The position numbers and the translations under genes are program-made. 64,000 bases of DNA, from NCBI RefSeq assembly GCF_963921235.1, contig NC_086097.1:72046001-72110000 (forward strand). The letters are read 5' to 3'. Source of the DNA: Mobula hypostoma (taxonomy: Eukaryota). Under the pieces are notes generated by a model. The model saw only the letters and a list, made by a program, of their open reading frames with translations. It made no database searches and was not told the origin of the DNA. Shown piece by piece: positions 50,106 to 62,270 of the stretch (the stretch's first letter is position 1; the number at the start of each line of letters is the position of its first letter).

Positions 50106-53100
50106 ACAACAGGAATTCTGCAGATGCTGGAAATTCAAGCAACACGCATAAAAGTTGCTGGTGAACGCAGCAGGCCAGGCAGCATCTCTAGGAAAAGGTG
50201 CAGTCGACGTTTCAGGCCGAGACTCTTTGTCAGGACTAACTGAAGGAAGAGTGAGTAAGAGATTTGAAAGCTGGAGGGGGAGGGGGAGATCCAAAATGAT
50301 AGGAGAAGACAGGAGGGGGAGGGATGGAGCCAAGAGCTGGACAGGTGATTGGCAAAAGGGATACGAGAGGATCATGGGACAGGAGGTCCGGGAAGAAAGA
50401 CCGGGGGGGGGGTGAGGAACCCAGAGGATGGGCAAGGGGTATATTCAGAGGGACAGAGGGAGAAAAAGGAGAGTGAGAGAAAGAATGTGTGTATAAAAAT
50501 AAGTAACAGATGGGGTACCAGGGGGAGGTGGGGCATTAGCGGAAGTTAGAGAAGTCGATGTTCATGCCATCAGGTTGGAGGCTACCCAGACAGAATATAA
50601 GGTGTTGTTCCTCCAACCTGAGTGTGGCTTCATCTTTACAGTAGAGGAGGCTGTGGATAGACATGTCAGAATGGGAATGGGATGTGGAATTAAAATGCGT
50701 GGCCACTGGGAGATCCTGCTTTCTCTGGCGGACAGAGCGTAGGTGTTCAGCAAAGCGGTCTCACAGTCTGCGTCGGGTCTCGCCAATATATAAAAGGCCA
50801 CATCGGGAGCACCGGACGCAGTATATCACCCCAGTCAACTCACAGGTGAAGTGTTGCCTCACCTGGAAGGACTGTTTGGGGCCCCGAATGGTGGTAAAGG
50901 AGGAAGTGTAAGGGCATGTGTAGCACTTGTTCCACTTACACAGATAAATGCCAGGAGAGAGATCAGTGAGGAGGGATGGGGGGGACGAATGGACAAGGGA
51001 GTCGAGTAGGGCGCGATCCCTGCGGAAAGCAGAAGGGGTGGGGAGGGAAAGATGTGCTTAGTGGTGGGATCCTGTTGGAAGTGGCAGAAGTTACGGAGAA
51101 TAATATGTTGGACCCGGAGGCTGGTGGGGTGGTAGGTGAGGACCAGGGGAACTCTATCCCTAGTGGGGTGGTGGGAGGATGGAGTGAGAACAGATGTACG
51201 TGAAATGGGGGAGATGCGTTTAAGAGCAGAGTTGATAGTGGAGGAAGGGAAGCCCCTTTCTTTAAAAAAGGAGGACATCTCCCTCGTCCTAGAATGAAAA
51301 GCCTCATCCTGAGAGCAGATGCGGCAGAGACGGAGGAATTGCGAGAAGGGGATGGCGTTTTTTGCAAGAGACAGGGTGAGAAGAGGAATAGTCCAGATAG
51401 CTGTGAGAGTCAGTAGGCTCATAGTAGACATCAGTGGATAAGCTGTCTCCAGAGACAGAGACAGAAAGATCTAGAAAGGGGAGGGAGGTGTCAGAAATGG
51501 ACCAGGTAAACTTGAGGGCAGGGTGAAAGTTGAAGGCAAAGTCAATAAAGTCAACGAGCTCTGCATGCGTGCAGGAAGCAGCGCCAATGCAGTCGTCAAT
51601 GTAGCGAAGGAAAAGTGGGGGACAGATACCAGAATAGGTACGGAACATAGATTGTTCCACAAAGCCAACAAAAAGGCAGGCATAGCTAGGACCCATACGG
51701 GTGCCCATAGCTACACCTTTAGTTTGGTGGAAGTGGGAGGAGCCAAAGGAGAAATTATTAAGAGTAAGAACTAATTCCGCTAGACGGAGCAGAGTGGTGG
51801 TAGAGGGGAACTGATTAGGTCTGGAATCCAAAAAGAAGCGTAGAGCTTTGAGACCTTCCTGATGGGGGATGGAAGTATACAGGGACTGGACATCCATGGT
51901 GAAAATAAAGCGATGGGGGCCAGGGAACTTAAAATCATCGAAAAGTTTAAGAGCGTGAGAAGTGTCACGAACATAGGTCGGAAGGGATTGAACAAGGGGG
52001 GATAAAACCGTGTCGAGGTATGCAGAAATGAGTTTGGTTGGGCAGGAGCAAGCTGAGACAATAGGTCGGCCAGGACAGGCAGGTTTGTGGATCTTGGGTA
52101 GGAGGTAGAAACGGGAAGTGCGAGGTGTGGGAACTATAAAGTTGGTAGCAATGGATGGGAGATCCCCTGAGCGGATAAAGTCGGTGATGGTGTGGGAGAC
52201 ATTGGCCTGGTGCTCCTTAGTGGGGTCACGATCGAGGGGTAAGTAAGAGGAGGTATCCACGAGTTGTCACTGTGCCTCGGCAAGGTGGAGGACAGTACAC
52301 CAGACTACAACAGCACCCCCCTTATCGGCGGGTTTAATAATAAGGTTAGGATTAGTGCAGAGGGAATGGAGAGCAGAGCGTTCCGAAGGAGTGAGGTTGG
52401 AATGGGGACAAGGTGCGGTGAAGTCGAGACGGTTGATGTCCTGTTGGCAGTTAGCGATAAAGAGATCCAGAGCAGGCAGAAGACCAGAGCGGGCTGTCCA
52501 TGAAGAAGAGGAGGGTTGAAGACGGGAGAAGGGGTCATCGGTGGGGGTGGAAGAGTCCCTGCTGAAGAAGTAGGCTCGGAGACGGAGACGGCGGAAGAAG
52601 AGTTCCGCATCATGGCGAATGCAGAACTCGCTGAGGTGTGGGCGAATGGGGACAAAGGTGAGGCCCTTACTGAGGGCAGAGTGTTCTGCCTCCAACAGTT
52701 GAAGGTCGGAGGGGATGGTAAAGACCCGGCACGGATGAGAGCTGGGATCAGAGGCGGGAGGGGGGAGGCTGGGGGTGTCAATGGAGAGGGGAGGGTTGGA
52801 GTGAGAGGAAGATGGAGCCTCTGAGTACCCAGGAGCTGACGATGGGATCTGAAGGAGACGGGATTGCAGAGTATTGGTGGGGGAAGGGGAAATGGGAGTC
52901 ACAATAGCAGCACATAAAGACCCGGCCTGCAGTTCAAGGCTGGAGTCGCAGTTGGTGGTTGCGCAATTGCTTTGAAGGTGTCCATGGTCGTTGCTGGAGT
53001 CCGGGTTTTGAATATGCCCTGAGGTGTTGGAGCCGCCGAGATCAATGGCAGAGGCAATCTGAAGTTCATGCCTGCTAGTTTCGTGGCCAGCAGGCTCTGG

Positions 53101-53533
53101 AGTCCGTAGACGTAGGATCTTGCGATCTTTGCCTAACATGACAAAGTCAAAAAAACGGCGATTGCAGGCGTGAATCCGACGGAGGATGAAATAACGGGCA
53201 GGACCATTACAGATGGCGAAGAAAGTGTCCCGAAGGTGTGGAAGGGTCTGGGATAGGGACACCAAGTACCTCCTCATGGCGGAGAGAGTCGCCTTCAGAG
53301 CTTGACGGGAGAAGCGGCGAGAGGCAGAGTCAATAAAATGTGAATACCTGGGATCCTCAGAAGGTCCAAATTGAGAGGCTTGGAAACGAATCCTAAAGCC
53401 AACTGGAGTAAGTTGGCGACGGAGGCACATTCCAAGAAAGGATATATGGCTGTGATAGCGAGTCTGAGTCAAAATGTGGTCGAAAAGTTGAAGAGCCGAA
53501 GAAATTACAGATGGGGAGCAGTGAGAGATGGTT
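50106..53533 (-). mobile_element. Penelope-like element (Neptune-type), young and nearly intact: RT, Cys linker, GIY-YIG endonuclease, pseudo-LTR
   Basis: IKPADKGGAVV, FYLLPKIHK, GRPIVS, MDVQSLYTSI, GVAMGTRMGPSYA, RYIDD, then CKWNKCYTC and VIYCVRCSRCGLLYIGET. Terminal repeat at 50106-50540. Confidence 0.95.
50540..53533 (-). pseudogene. Penelope RT/GIY-YIG ORF with few lesions
   Basis: ORFs 52267-53610 and 51304-52260 are in frame across a single TGA. Frameshifts occur near 51360 and 51040, and there is one stop in the EN domain. Confidence 0.88.
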
Positions 53534-55800
53534 TCAATTTCATGAACCTCCTTTGAACCCTCTTCTGCTTCAACACATCCTTTCTGAGACAAAGGGCCCA
53601 AAACACTCATAATACACCAAGTGAGGCCTCACCAGTGCTTTATAAAGTCTCAGCATTACATCCTTGATTTTATATTCTAGTCCTCTTGAAATTATTGCTA
53701 CCATTGCATTTGCCTTCCTCGTTTCAGACTCAACCTGCAAATCAACCTTTAACGAATCCTGCACAAGGACTACCAACTGTTCTTTTCCAATCATTTCTGG
53801 CCAACTCCTCTCTCATGCCTCTGCAATTCCCTTTACTCCATTGTAATACTGATATATCTGACTTTAGCTTCTCCTTCTTAAATTTCAGGGTGGATTTTAT
53901 CATATTATGTTCACTGCCCCTTAGGGTTCTTCTACCTTAAGCTCTCTAATCAATTCTAGTTCATTACATAACAGCCAATCCAGTATAGCTGATCACCTGG
54001 TGGTCTCAACCAAGAGTTGCTGTAAAAAGCCATCTTGTAGGCATCCTAGAAATTCTCCCTCTTGGAATCCAGCACCATCCTGCGATTTCCTGCATAGTGA
54101 AATCCCCTTTTTTGGCATGCATTTTCTATCTCCCATAATAACTTGTATAGCACATCCTTACTACTGTTTGGAGGGGGTCTGTATATAGTTCTCATCAGGG
54201 TCTTTTTATCCTTGCAGTCCCTTAGCTCTATCCACAATGACTCAACACCTTCACCTGTTATGTCATTTCTTTCTAATGACTTGATTTCATTTTTTACCAG
54301 CTGAACCATGCCACCCCTCTGCCTTCCTGCCTGTCCTTTCAGTACAAAGTGTGTCCTCGGACATTAAGCTCCCAGCTATTATTTTCTTTCAGCCATGATT
54401 CAGGAATGCCTACAATATCATACCTGCCATTCTGTAATTGTCCTACAAGTTCATCAACCTTATTCTCTACATTATATATATATATAAAACACCTTGAGTC
54501 CTCTATTCATCACCCTTTTCGATTTTGTCCACTTTTTACGTTGCAACTGATCCTGGTGACTGCTATTTTTCCCTGTCATCGGCCTCTCCTTGCTAGGAGC
54601 CTCACTACACATTGTCTCGGTATGTAAACCAACTACCTTACCTTCATCATTATCATTCTGGTTCCCATACCCCTGCCAAATTAGTGTAAAACCACCTGAA
54701 CAACTGTGGCCAACCTGTCCACAAGGATATTGGATCTGCTTGGGTTCAGGTATAACCCATCCCTTTTGTACGGGTCAAACCTTCCCCAGAGGAGATCTCA
54801 ATGATCCGGAAATCTGAACCTCTGCCCCCTGCACCAATTTCTCAGCCATGCATTCACCTGCCAAATCATCCTATTCTTACCCTCACCAGCATGTGGCACA
54901 GGCATCAATCCAAAGATGACTACCCTGCAGGTCCTGTTTCTCAGCTTTCTACATAGCTCCCTACAATCCCTCTTCTGGACTACCTCACCTTGTCTGCCTA
55001 TATCATTGGTGCCGATATGGACCAAGACTTCTGGCTGCTCACCCTCACCCTTGAAAATGCCATGGACACAATCTGAGTCAACCCTGATTCTGGCATCAGG
55101 GAGGCAATGTACTATCCCAGTGTCTCTATCGCGGCCACAGAACTTCATGTTCCTCTGACTAAGGAATCTCTATCAACACTGCAGTCCTCTTCACCTCTCT
55201 ACTCTTCAAAGCCACAGCACAGACTCAGTGTCAGAGACTGTGACTCCACCCTGGTAGCTTGACCACGCCCCCTGCCCCCCATCAGTAGCATCTAAAGTTA
55301 TTAGATTATTACTGAGGGGAATGGCCACAAATGTACCCTGCACTGACTGTGCATTTCCCCTCCTTCTCCTCACAGTCACCCAGTTACCTATCACCTGCAA
55401 CCAAGGGGTAACTACCTCCCTGTAGCTCCTGTCCATCACTTCTTCACTCTCCCATATGAGCTGAAGGTCATTGAGCTGCAGCTTCAGTCCCTTAATACGT
55501 TCTCTCAGGAGCTGCAACTCAGTGTGCCTGGTGCAAATGTGTGTATCTGGGAGACTGGAGGTTTCCCAGACTTCCCACCTCCCACACAGGGTACAAAACA
55601 TTGCCCTTGGAGCCATTCTCACTAAACTACCATGCCCTAATAGATGAGGAATGAACAAATAAATATGGAGAAAGAGTAACTTACAAGACAATTTACCTTA
55701 TCCAAGCCTGATCGTGCCTCAGCCTGATGAGCCAAAACCACTCTGAAGGCTGGCACGTTCAAACAGTGGCCACTCCAAGAATGGTCATTCCACCGCACAT
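53534..55800 (-). mobile_element. CR1-type LINE pieces including ORF1 (zinc finger and SGNH esterase) and APE
   Basis: CTLCGRWE...CTRH (55206-55691), VLVHIGTNDIG (54798-55148), ESLWIEL...IYRPP (54046-54309) and LYKALVRPHL (53570-53794). Confidence 0.9.
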
Positions 55801-55804
55801 TTTG

Positions 55805-56173
55805 TTTTGTCTCCAGGGCCCACTTCAGGCTGAAGTCGCGAGCAGCACTGAAGGACCATCGAGAAAGAGCATTCCAGCCATAGGCATTCCTCCCGTGTTT
55901 ATTTAGTTAAGTATTCATTTGTAACATGATTAGTTCTGCAGTTTTATAACCTGGGGAGATTTAATGGAGTATCCATTAAGTTAAAGGGGTTACTGAATGT
56001 TTAGTATTGTAGTTCTATGTAGTCTAGGGTCGTTTAGACAAGCACTTCTTTCGCTAGATGCCCAGGTTAGTATTTTGTGGTTCACTTATAAATAAATAGA
56101 TATTGTACTCATTTGAAATCTGTGCCTTCTGTTTCACTCACTTCCAGAGCCTTGAATCCGTTTCCATGTAACA
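55805..56173 (+). mobile_element. Probable LTR fragment
   Basis: AATAAA near 56091 and a TGTAACA terminus at 56173 that abuts a LINE. The 5' end is unclear. Confidence 0.45.
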
Positions 56174-56730
56174 GCCAGCGATAGTAGTGTCAGCTGCAAT
56201 TTTATAGATGGCCCTTGAGCTGTGCCTAGCTACACAACTGTGGGTGTAGAGAGAGTAAAACAATAGGCTAAGCACATATCCCTGAGTTGTGCCAGTATTG
56301 ATTGCCAGCAAGGAGGAGATGTTATCTCCAATCCATACAGACTGTGGTCTCCCAGTGAGGAAGTCAAGGATCCAGTTGCAGAGGGAGGTACAAGAGGCCC
56401 AGGTTTGGGAACTTGTTGATTAGAAGTGAGGATATGATTGAGTTGAATGCTGAGCTGTAGTCAATAAACAGCAGCCTGACATGGGTATTGTTATTTTCCA
56501 GGTGATCCAAGGCCAAGTGGAGAACCAGGGAGATTGCATCCGCTGCAGCCCTGTTGTGGCAATCGGCAAATTGCAGTAGGTCCAAGTTGCTGCTTAGGCA
56601 GGAGTTGATTCTAGCATGACCAACCTCTCAAAACACTTCATTACAGAAGATGTGAGTGCCACTGGGCGATAGTCATTGAGGGAGCTCACTCTGCTCTTCT
56701 TTGCCACTGGTATGATTGTTGCCTTTTTGA
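56174..56730 (-). mobile_element. Rex1/Babar-like LINE RT fragment
   Basis: DLLQFA...DAISLVLH...VRLLFIDYSSAFNSI (56364-56585). Confidence 0.85.
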
Positions 56731-57567
56731 AACACTTATCCTTCAGTGTTCCCCACACCTGAGTATCCAGACTGAGGTACAGGTCAGATTGCTGTTCTGC
56801 ACCCAGAAATGTCGATGCTCAGAGTGGTCCTTGCACTTTGATTCTACTAGCTGCAAGCAGATCTCCAGCCAACCTTCACCAAAGTCACAGCCCTGCCCTT
56901 AGTTCTTATTGATGAGGCTGCTCTGAACGTTCGTGTGTCCGGATTTTTTGATACTGTCACTACTAACAGTGGGAATACAAGCAGAATCAGTCTAAGGTTG
57001 TAAGACATCTATCAAGTCAAACAACAGGCGTGAAACATTTCAGAGTTGAATTATTTGCTCAGATCATAATTTATCATCTTTCTCATGGCCAAGAGTGGCC
57101 TGTGTAATGTCAGAGAATGGCAGGACATGCAAAGGTCAGGAGAATATTGATTACACCTCAATGATCCATTCCATCATGCCAGTACCTATGTGAATTACAA
57201 AGGGTTCGGCTTAATGCTCAGCTATGCTGTAATTACCAATGCAGACCATATTTCCATAGGTGTAGAAATTGGGCAAGCGGTCTCTTGATTTCCTAGGCAG
57301 CCTCAAGTTCTTAGCAGCAGGTTGCCGAAGTGACTGTGATTAGCCTAAGCAGCCATTTAAATAGTGTAGGATTACTGCACGGCTTTCCATAAATTGGCTC
57401 CAGTGTTTACAAGCACACAGCAACATATCTTCCAGTTTCCAGACTCACATCTTGCAGTCCAGGCTATTATACTTATTGCTTTTACATGGTACTTGGTTTG
57501 ATTATATTTTCATTTTATGTTATATATCAAAATTGCGATATAAATTCATTTGCTCTTCTAAGTGTAT

Positions 57568-58777
57568 TGTGATGGTATTGTGTTTGCTGACCACAAGGTT
57601 GTAAACTCAAAGGCCTTAAGTCCCATCCGCTATAAATAGCCACAAGTACTCTCACTACAGTGAGATGATATTGGGGAGTATAACTGGTTGACTGGCCCAG
57701 AAGGCCTGTAACCTCCTCACATTCTGAAGTAGCCACGATGGAATTCCCTCAGCATCAGCTGTGTGCTGCATACTGCCTGCAAAATCTGAATAGTCAAAGT
57801 TCCAAAAACCTGACAGAATGTTTATGCTGGGGAAGCTCCAGTAGCTTCCTGAACAGGAGCCTATCCCTGTACTCTTTTCCTGGTAATAGTCAATCTTTTT
57901 AGTAATTCTAGTGCAGGTTCCCAAGCATTGATTCTCCAGGCTTTATTAGTACCTCTAGGGTTTACTGGTGTGGGCGCTATCTCAAGTGTGTCTGGAAGGA
58001 ATACATGGTATCCCAATGTGTCAAGTTTAAGATACGTGTCACCAAGTTCTAACACATAAATATGTGGTCCCCACTCAGGTGCTTTGTTTCTATCTAAAAA
58101 GGGGCTAACTTGTTGTCTCCAGGTATGAATTATTGCTGCAGAGCTGGGGTCTGGTACAAATTGCAATGGTCTGGGTTCTGCAGGTTGTACAGCGAGGTTT
58201 GGTCTGTCTAATCTGCATCCTATTCGATGCCCTATCCCTTCATCATTCCAGTCTCTGACTTGAAGGATCAAATATTCATCATGCTCAGTTTGAGGAGCAG
58301 TTTGGGGCATTATCAAGTATTTCTGCAATACTATTAACACATTCATGATATTGACTAGCATTTCTGCTGGAAACCAGGATGTCGTCCATTTTATAGCATT
58401 AGGTGAAGTCCCTTTGCTCTTACTGAGCACACCTTGAGTTGGACTACTGTTAAATAATAATTCTTTCTAAAATAATACTTCTGGTATAACGTGACCATGT
58501 TGGGCACCAACTGTGATGGTATTGGATTTGCTGATCACAAAGTTCTAAACTCAAGCAAAGACCTTAAGTTCTATCCGATGTAAATAACCACAAGTACTGT
58601 CTGTAAAGGGAGATTATACTGAAACTACCCAATTGTCAAAGACTAGTTCTTTTCCCTGTTTATTCTCCACAGTGAGCTCCACTACTTGAGTGGTGGGTCC
58701 ACCCACCCTACCAAGGAGGAGATACTTCCAGCTAACAAAATAGTTTAAAACACAGTTCATTTATTTTCAGTGATACA
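57568..58777 (-). mobile_element. Short LTR element with tRNA-Lys PBS; candidate foamy-like endogenous retrovirus remnant
   Basis: Direct repeats start TGTGATGGTATTG at 57568 and 58512 (about 110 bp clearly similar). Minus-strand TGGTGCCCAACATGG follows the 58512 repeat. An internal ORF is present. Possible TSD TGTAT/TGTTT. Confidence 0.6.
57861..58430 (-). CDS. Putative retroviral Gag N-terminal-like ORF (first in-frame ATG at 58361)
   Basis: 189-codon open frame just downstream of the PBS, unrelated to the LINE motifs in this window. Spaced motifs HDE, LILQ, LDRP, WGP and GDTY recall spumavirus Gag. Confidence 0.4.
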   Translation of the reverse strand: MLSKSKGTSPNAIKWTTSWFPAEMLVNIMNVLIVLQKYLIMPQTAPQTEHDEYLILQVRDWNDEGIGHRIGCRLDRPNLAVQPAEPRPLQFVPDPSSAAIIHTWRQQVSPFLDRNKAPEWGPHIYVLELGDTYLKLDTLGYHVFLPDTLEIAPTPVNPRGTNKAWRINAWEPALELLKRLTITRKRVQG

Positions 58778-59653
58778 TGTTTAAATCTGAACAACATTCT
58801 TAAAATACATTTAAAACTCACAGATGATTTCTACTTTATAAAACATTTCCAAGTTGCAAACCATTTCTGAAACATTCCAGAGCACAGGTATAAATCTTGC
58901 AAACTAACAAGGCATACCAACGAAGCAGATGAATAAATCGTCTATTGCAGAAACAGAAGTTGGAGGAATGGATTCTAATTCACTCCATTTTTCTTTCATG
59001 CTTCTTGATGTTCCTTATCTCATTCCCAATAAGCCTGAACTCCTCTCTATACTTATGCGGTTTCTTTGCCATTTGTGTGACTTCGCACTTGTATGATATT
59101 CCCTCAGATACCCTTTTTACACAAAAGGTCTAAAAGATTTTTGGAGACATAGTTTCCAACTACCCACAATTAATGCTGTAACACCATCTTCTCTGAGTAC
59201 ATAAAAGTACCAACTTATTAACAGATCAGTTATTGATATGCTAAGTGATTTGTTTCCACCTGGTTTGCAAGCTTCCTTGACCGAAGCAACAGGGTCAGTG
59301 TCGTCTATTTTGAAACAAGCCAAAGTAAATAACCTATTATCTTATGCTGCACCTTTTGAGCAGCAGTAAACCAGATGCAGTGTGCTAGCAATCTGCTCTA
59401 TAGACAGTGCTTCGTTTTAACTTCAAACTGATTACATGCTTGTCATTTACATTTTAAGAACTGTAGATGGCTCCTGTTTCTTGTCAACTGTAGCTAGTAG
59501 TGTTTGATTTCATATCTATGGTTTGTCATGGCAAGATGAGCTGAATGAAAGCTTCAGATCTAAAACTGAAAATGTTGATCTATATGGAGGTCGGACAGAG
59601 TCTACACAAAGAGATCGGAAACAGTATTTCTGCTCAATGATCTGGCCTGAATA

Positions 59654-59967
59654 GTTCCCCCCCCCCTTGTCTTTCTTCCCGGACCTCCTGTCCCATGATC
59701 CTCTCATATCCCCTTTGCCAATCACCTGTCCAGCTCTTGGTTCTATCCCTCCCCCTCCTGTCTTCTCCTATCATTTTGGATCTCCCCCTCCCCCTCCCAC
59801 TTTCAAATCCCCTACTCACTCTTCCTTCAGTTAGTCCTGACGAAGGGTCTTGGCCCTAAACGTCGACTGTACCTCTTCCTAGAGATGCTGCCTGGCCTGC
59901 TGCGTTCACCAGCAACTTTGATGTGCGTTGCTTAAATTTCCAGCATCTGCAGATTTCCTGTTGTTTA
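59654..59967 (+). mobile_element. Penelope pseudo-LTR copy (same young family as 50106-50410)
   Basis: Close reverse complement of 50106-50410. Contains an HHR-like motif at 59832-59869. Confidence 0.92.
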
Positions 59968-60071
59968 CAGAGTCAAACATTATATTGCCTTTCTTAACCA
60001 ATGTTATTTGAGCACCTTATTGACAAAGAAAGGTTTCTGATTGAGATGAAGATAAAAGGATCTATTTCATT

Positions 60072-62270
60072 AAGACCATAAATCATATAAGCAGAATTAG
60101 GCCACTTGGCCCATCAAGTGTGACATGCCATTTGATCATGGCTGATTTATTTTCCCTGTCAGTCTCATTCTTCTGCCGCCTCCCCACAACCTCTGATGTC
60201 CTTACTCATCAAGAACCTGTCAACCTCCACTTTAAATACACCCAATGACTTGGCCTCATTAGCTGTCTGTGGTTAAGGGTTTCACAGATTCATCACCCTC
60301 TGACTAAAGAAATCCTTTAAATCTCTGTTCTAAAGGGATGTCTTTCTATTCTGTGCTGTGCCTTTTGGTCCAAGAACCTTCCACTCCACGTACACTCTAT
60401 CTAGGCCTTATAACATTCAGTAGGTTATGAGAGATCCCATTCATGCTTCTGCACTCCAGCGAGTACAGGCCAAGGGCCATCAAGTACTCTTTATATGTTA
60501 ACCTTTCATTTCTGGGAATTTTCTCATGAACTTCCTCTAGATTCTCTCCAATGCCAGCACATCATTCCTTAGTTATGGGACCCAAAACTGATTGCAGTAC
60601 TCTGAATGTGGTCTGGCCAACGTGTTATAAAGCCTCAGCATTTATAATCAAGTCTTCTTGAAATGGATGCTATCATTATATTTGTCTTCCTTCCTGCTGA
60701 CTCAACCTGAAAGTTTACCTTCAGAGAATCCTGTGCTAGAACTTCCCAAGTCCCTTTGCACCTCTGATTTCTGAACTCACTCCCTCTTCAGAAAATAGTC
60801 TATGCCTTTTCTCCTTCTACCAAAGTGTGTGACCATACAGTTCCCTACAGTGTATATTCCATTTGCCACTCTATTCCTCATTTTCCTAATTTGTCCAGGT
60901 TCATCTACAGACCCGCTGCTTCCCCTACACTACCTTGCCCTGCACCTATCTCTGCATCATCCACAAATGTGGCTACAAAGCCACCAATTCTGTCATGAAG
61001 ATTGTTAACACATAATGTACCAAGTAACAGTCTTACGTTGATCCCTGCTGAACACCATTAGTCACCAGCAGCCAACCAGAAAGGGTCCCTACTATTCACT
61101 CTCTTTAGCATCTGCCAGTCAGCCAATCTTATGTCCATACTACTATCTTTCCCATAATGCTGTGGGCTCTTATACTGTGGAGGAGACTCACATGTAGCAT
61201 CTTGTCAAAGGCCTTCTGAAAATCGAAGTAAACAACATCCACTGACACAAACACGAGGAAATCTGCAGATGCTGGAATTTCAAGCAACACACATAAAAGT
61301 TGCTCCCTGGCCTGCTGCGTTCACCAACGTCCATTGACTTTCCTTTGTCTATCCTTCCTGTTATTTTCTCAAAGAATTCCAACTGATTTGTTTGGTGAGA
61401 TTTCCCCTTAAGGAAAGTATGCTGACTTCAGCCTATTTTATCATGGACTCCAAGTACTCAGAATCTTCATCTTTTATAATGGACTCCAACATCTGACCAA
61501 CTACTGAAGTCAGTCTAACTAGCCTACCATTTCCTGTCTTTTGCCTCTCGCCCTTTCTAAAGAGTGTAGTGACATTTGTGATTCTTGAAATATCACTAGT
61601 AATACCTCTACAATCTCTTCAGCCACCACTTTCAGAAACTTGCGGTGTAATCCATCTAATGCAAGTGACTTATCTACCTTCAAATCTTTCTATCATCGTC
61701 CCTTCTAATGTGGCCTTCTAATCAAATCCGGCCAGCTCCTCTCTCATGCCTCTATAGTTACCTTTACTGAACTGCAATACCAATTCATCTGATTTTAGCT
61801 TCTCCCTCTCAAACTCCAGGGCGCTTTCTATCATATTTACTTTAAGCTCCCTAATAAAATCTGGTTCATTGCACAATACTCAATCCAGATTTGTCTTTTC
61901 CTTAGTAGGCTTGATCTGCTCTGAAATGCTATCACTAGGTATTCTACATATTTCTTCTCTTGGGGTCCAGTACCAACCTGAAATCCCCCATGGCCATTCT
62001 AACATTCTCCCTTTTACATGGCTTTTCAATCTCTCTTTGTAATTTCAATCCACCAGAGTTCTGCATATAACTCCCATCAGGCTCTTTTTACCCTTGAAGT
62101 TTCTTAACTCTATCCACAAGGATTCTACATCTTCTGATTCTATGTCACTTCTTTCAATGGATTTGATTTCATTTTTTACCAACAGAGCCATTCCACCCCC
62201 TCTACTTAGGTGTCTGTCCTTTCGACGCCATGTGTACCCTTGGATGTTAAGCTCCCAGCTTCTTTCAGCC
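60072..62270 (-). mobile_element. CR1-type LINE, internally deleted
   Basis: 3'UTR at about 60075-60140, RT region, and APE-like GGGMALLVK...ESLWIEL (62045-62317). Confidence 0.85.

Noticed and set aside
53534..53610. Start of the 447-aa ORF as the true Penelope start
   Set aside because: The first ~25 codons come from the flanking CR1 read in frame by chance.
58285..58395. MDDILVSS as a reverse transcriptase YxDD motif
   Set aside because: It reads YKMDD, a stop lies four codons upstream, no other RT motifs are nearby, and the position next to the PBS fits gag rather than pol.
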